Below the pieces are notes generated by a model. The model searched no databases. It was not told the origin of the DNA and worked only from the letters and a program-made list of their open reading frames with translations. Made by a program: the position numbers and the translations under genes. A stretch of DNA of 63,218 nt, the filler included, from Candidatus Sysuiplasma jiujiangense (GTDB lineage Archaea; Thermoplasmatota; Thermoplasmata; Sysuiplasmatales; Sysuiplasmataceae), in NCBI GenBank assembly GCA_019721075.1. It is 10 parts of 10 records of this genome, joined end to end, with 100 filler letters (N's around TTAATTAATTAA, not from the genome) between each part and the next. Parts side by side here need not be neighbours in the genome. Positions count along the whole stretch, not along the records: positions 58,190 to 63,218 come from JAHEAD010000043.1; 9 more parts are not named here. One strand, 5' to 3'. Shown here piece after piece: positions 60,705 through 63,218 of this stretch. Every line of letters starts with the position of its first letter. Position 1 is the first letter of the stretch.

Positions 60705-62240
60705 CTATGCTTTTATCTTGAGATCCTCTAAGATTATCTGTGCTGCATTGTGTCCAGGGGCACCTTTGACGCCACCGCCGGGATGTGTTCCCGCGCCGCA
60801 AATATATAGCGAGTTTATTGGTGTTCTGTAATGTGCCCACCCAACCAATGGTCTGAATGAAAGCATCTGATTCAAAGTCTGGTCCAGATGGGTAACGTTT
60901 CCTTCTGTGAAACCAAATGTTTTTTCAAGGTCAAGCGGCGAAAGGGCATCAATATGCGTTATAGACTTCCTGACGCCTGGACAGTAATTTTCCAGAACGT
61001 TCAGTGCCCGTTCAAGCGCAATCGGTTTCAGATCTTCCCATTTACCCTCACGCAGAACATAGGGATTGTATTTTGAAATTATACTCAGAGTATGCATGCC
61101 TGCTGGCGCCATTGTATTATCCCAAGCCGTCTGTGAAAAAATGCTTAAGGGCGGTTCATCTGGTATTCGACCCCATCGGCTATCATCATATGCTTTCTGT
61201 CCGTAATCTATTGAAGGGTTAATATCAGTCAACGCCTTTTGCTGATCGGCCACGACAGCAGATGGAAGTGCTTTGAAGTTCAGATGAGAATTGAGAACAA
61301 GATTTATTTTGAAGGAAGTGCCGTACGCTCTCAAACTTTCTGTCTTTCTTACAAAATCGTCCTCCAGATGATCTTCACCGACGAGTTTGAGAAAAGTAGT
61401 TTTCGGATCTGCATTCGAAACGACAATCTTGGAGGTAAGTTTCTTGCCAGTTTTCAGTTCGATGCCGGTTGCCTTGCCTTTCTCAATGATGATATTTTTT
61501 ACCTCCGCGTCAGTAATTACTGTGCCACCATGCGCTCGGAAGTACGATGCAAGTGCTTTGGTTACCGCTCCAGTGCCTCCAATTGCACAATGATATCCGC
61601 GCTTCCCTAGCGCCATCGCCATTATATAGGAAGTGCCGACGGTATCCGGCCCCATGCTTGTATTGAGAACACCATTCATCACGAGTGCACCTTTCACCTC
61701 ATCAGATTCGAAATGTTCATTTAGCAGATCTGCCGCACTCGTCATCAGTATTTCCCTTACAACATCCTCAAATTCACTGCCTTCGAAAAAGGAAGTCAGA
61801 TCGTTAAGTGACGGAGGTGGCGCAAGCAGTAGCGGCTCCACTGTTTCGGCAAAATTTCTGAGATATTCCGAGAATCTTGGAAATTCTCGTGCATCATTTT
61901 TGGAGAACTTCTCCATGCTCTTTGCTGTCTTCTCATCGGAAAGATAAGTGAAAAGATGTTTGCCGCTTGGAAAAGGGGCGAAATTCTGCGGATCCACAGG
62001 TTTCAGAGACAAACCGTGTTTTACGAGTTCCAGATCTGTAATGATTTTGTCCATCACTCCTGGAACATAACTTGCACGGGAAATTTTGATGCCCTGCCAG
62101 AGTTCTTCAGTAACGGCGGCACCGCCTATTATGTTCCTTCGCTCAACAATGCAGACTTTGAGTCCTGCCTTGGCCAAGTAACATCCACAGGTCAGACCAT
62201 TATGTCCTGATCCTATAATTATGGCATCGTAGTCTGTCAT
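60705..62240 (-). CDS. FAD-dependent oxidoreductase, phytoene dehydrogenase-like
   Basis: IGSGHNGL, GGAAVTEE, VVSNADP, SPLDLE, LYICGAGTHPGGGV.GAPGHNAA. Confidence 0.92.
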   Translation of the reverse strand: MTDYDAIIIGSGHNGLTCGCYLAKAGLKVCIVERRNIIGGAAVTEELWQGIKISRASYVPGVMDKIITDLELVKHGLSLKPVDPQNFAPFPSGKHLFTYLSDEKTAKSMEKFSKNDAREFPRFSEYLRNFAETVEPLLLAPPPSLNDLTSFFEGSEFEDVVREILMTSAADLLNEHFESDEVKGALVMNGVLNTSMGPDTVGTSYIMAMALGKRGYHCAIGGTGAVTKALASYFRAHGGTVITDAEVKNIIIEKGKATGIELKTGKKLTSKIVVSNADPKTTFLKLVGEDHLEDDFVRKTESLRAYGTSFKINLVLNSHLNFKALPSAVVADQQKALTDINPSIDYGQKAYDDSRWGRIPDEPPLSIFSQTAWDNTMAPAGMHTLSIISKYNPYVLREGKWEDLKPIALERALNVLENYCPGVRKSITHIDALSPLDLEKTFGFTEGNVTHLDQTLNQMLSFRPLVGWAHYRTPINSLYICGAGTHPGGGVKGAPGHNAAQIILEDLKIKA

Positions 62241-62403
62241 AATCGCGTTTAATGCATCCTATTATTAAATTCTTCTTTTTTCCAGAATCTTGTCCATTGT
62301 TGACTAAGTTGTTCAACTAATGCCTATGTGTTAGGGCAAAATTCCACACATAACGCATTTCCATTATGAGACTGAAAAAGGTTAAATCCCATAATCCGCA
62401 TGA

Positions 62404-63216
62404 ATGATGCGAATGACGCAATTGCAGGATCCTGTTAAAGAAGCAGAGAGAGTAATTGAGCATGCGTCACGCCAGAACATTGATCTAAAATTGATAGGTG
62501 GACTGGCTGTGTATTTCAGATGTCCTTCCGCAAGATCCGGTCAATTGAGCAGACACTATGTGGACCTGGATTTTGTCTGCTCCAGAAGTCAAGGTGCGAA
62601 ACTTAAAGATTTTTTTATTTCTTTGGGTTACAAACCTAGAGAAGTCTTCAACGCACTTCAGGGTGATAGAAGGCTGATATACAATGATCTGAACAATTCC
62701 CGGAGAGTTGATATTTTTCTTGACGTTTTTGAAATGTGTCATAAACTTGATTTCAGCAAAAGACTTTCTGTTGACAGAGATTCCTACACGATTCCCATAG
62801 CCGACCTTCTACTTACAAAGCTGCAGATTATTGAATATAATGCGAAGGACATGAATGACATGGCCTGCATTTTCTTGGACCATGATATCTCTGATACTGA
62901 TGACGGAAATCATGTGAACGGCGGCTATATCTCTGAAATTTGTGCCGAACAATGGGGATTGTACAAAACTGTTACAACCAATCTGTCCAACCTCAAAGCG
63001 CATGTTTCGGCTATGAACGTAGATACAGGCTCGAAGAAGTTGGTCATAGATAGGATCGATAAGCTGACAGGGCTTATCGAGAGCAGGCCAAAAAGCCTGA
63101 AATGGAAGATGCGCGCTAGAGTCGGAGAAAAGGTGAAGTGGTATGAACTTCCAGAAATGGATAAAGAAGTTGTAGACTCGGGCGTTATGACAACCAAACA
63201 GAAAACTGAGAATTGA
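62404..63216 (+). CDS. Nucleotidyltransferase-fold protein
   Basis: LIGGLAV..YVDLDF..VDIF..DLLLTKLQI..KD..D. Confidence 0.75.
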   Translation: MMRMTQLQDPVKEAERVIEHASRQNIDLKLIGGLAVYFRCPSARSGQLSRHYVDLDFVCSRSQGAKLKDFFISLGYKPREVFNALQGDRRLIYNDLNNSRRVDIFLDVFEMCHKLDFSKRLSVDRDSYTIPIADLLLTKLQIIEYNAKDMNDMACIFLDHDISDTDDGNHVNGGYISEICAEQWGLYKTVTTNLSNLKAHVSAMNVDTGSKKLVIDRIDKLTGLIESRPKSLKWKMRARVGEKVKWYELPEMDKEVVDSGVMTTKQKTEN

Positions 63217-63218
63217 GA

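Overview
The window is ten separate contigs joined by artificial 100-nt linkers (N44-TTAATTAATTAA-N44) and sorted by decreasing length, so adjacency across linkers means nothing. The host looks like a Thermoplasmata-type archaeon: it has a stand-alone archaeal 23S rRNA gene, GGTGA/GGAGG ribosome-binding sites and sequon-rich surface proteins. Four contigs are mostly ordinary chromosome (IS607 with TnpB, antiporters, DmpA, GT2, beta-oxidation genes, HerA/VirD4-like ATPase, FAD oxidoreductase). Six contigs (1-7564, 14881-21971, 22072-28839, 35464-41651, 47484-52850, 52951-58089) look like pieces of membrane-containing archaeal (pro)viruses. Five of them carry parts of one syntenic morphogenesis module (~390-aa multi-TM protein, small TM/amphipathic proteins, surface proteins, 2-TM protein, FtsK/HerA-type ATPase); one of these also encodes a fusellovirus VP2-like protein and a serine recombinase. 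The sixth has a tyrosine integrase and a repressor switch. The stand-out system, present in two diverged copies, is a ~4.5-kb cassette bounded by 107-bp structured direct repeats. It encodes its own tatA and tatC, a twin-arginine, Zn-finger-led, tailspike-like beta-helix protein whose C-terminal tip differs between copies, a C2H2 protein and a membrane-anchored glycoprotein. This is apparently an element-encoded Tat export system dedicated to a pre-folded spike or adhesin. All homology calls come from motif reading by eye; no database searches were run.
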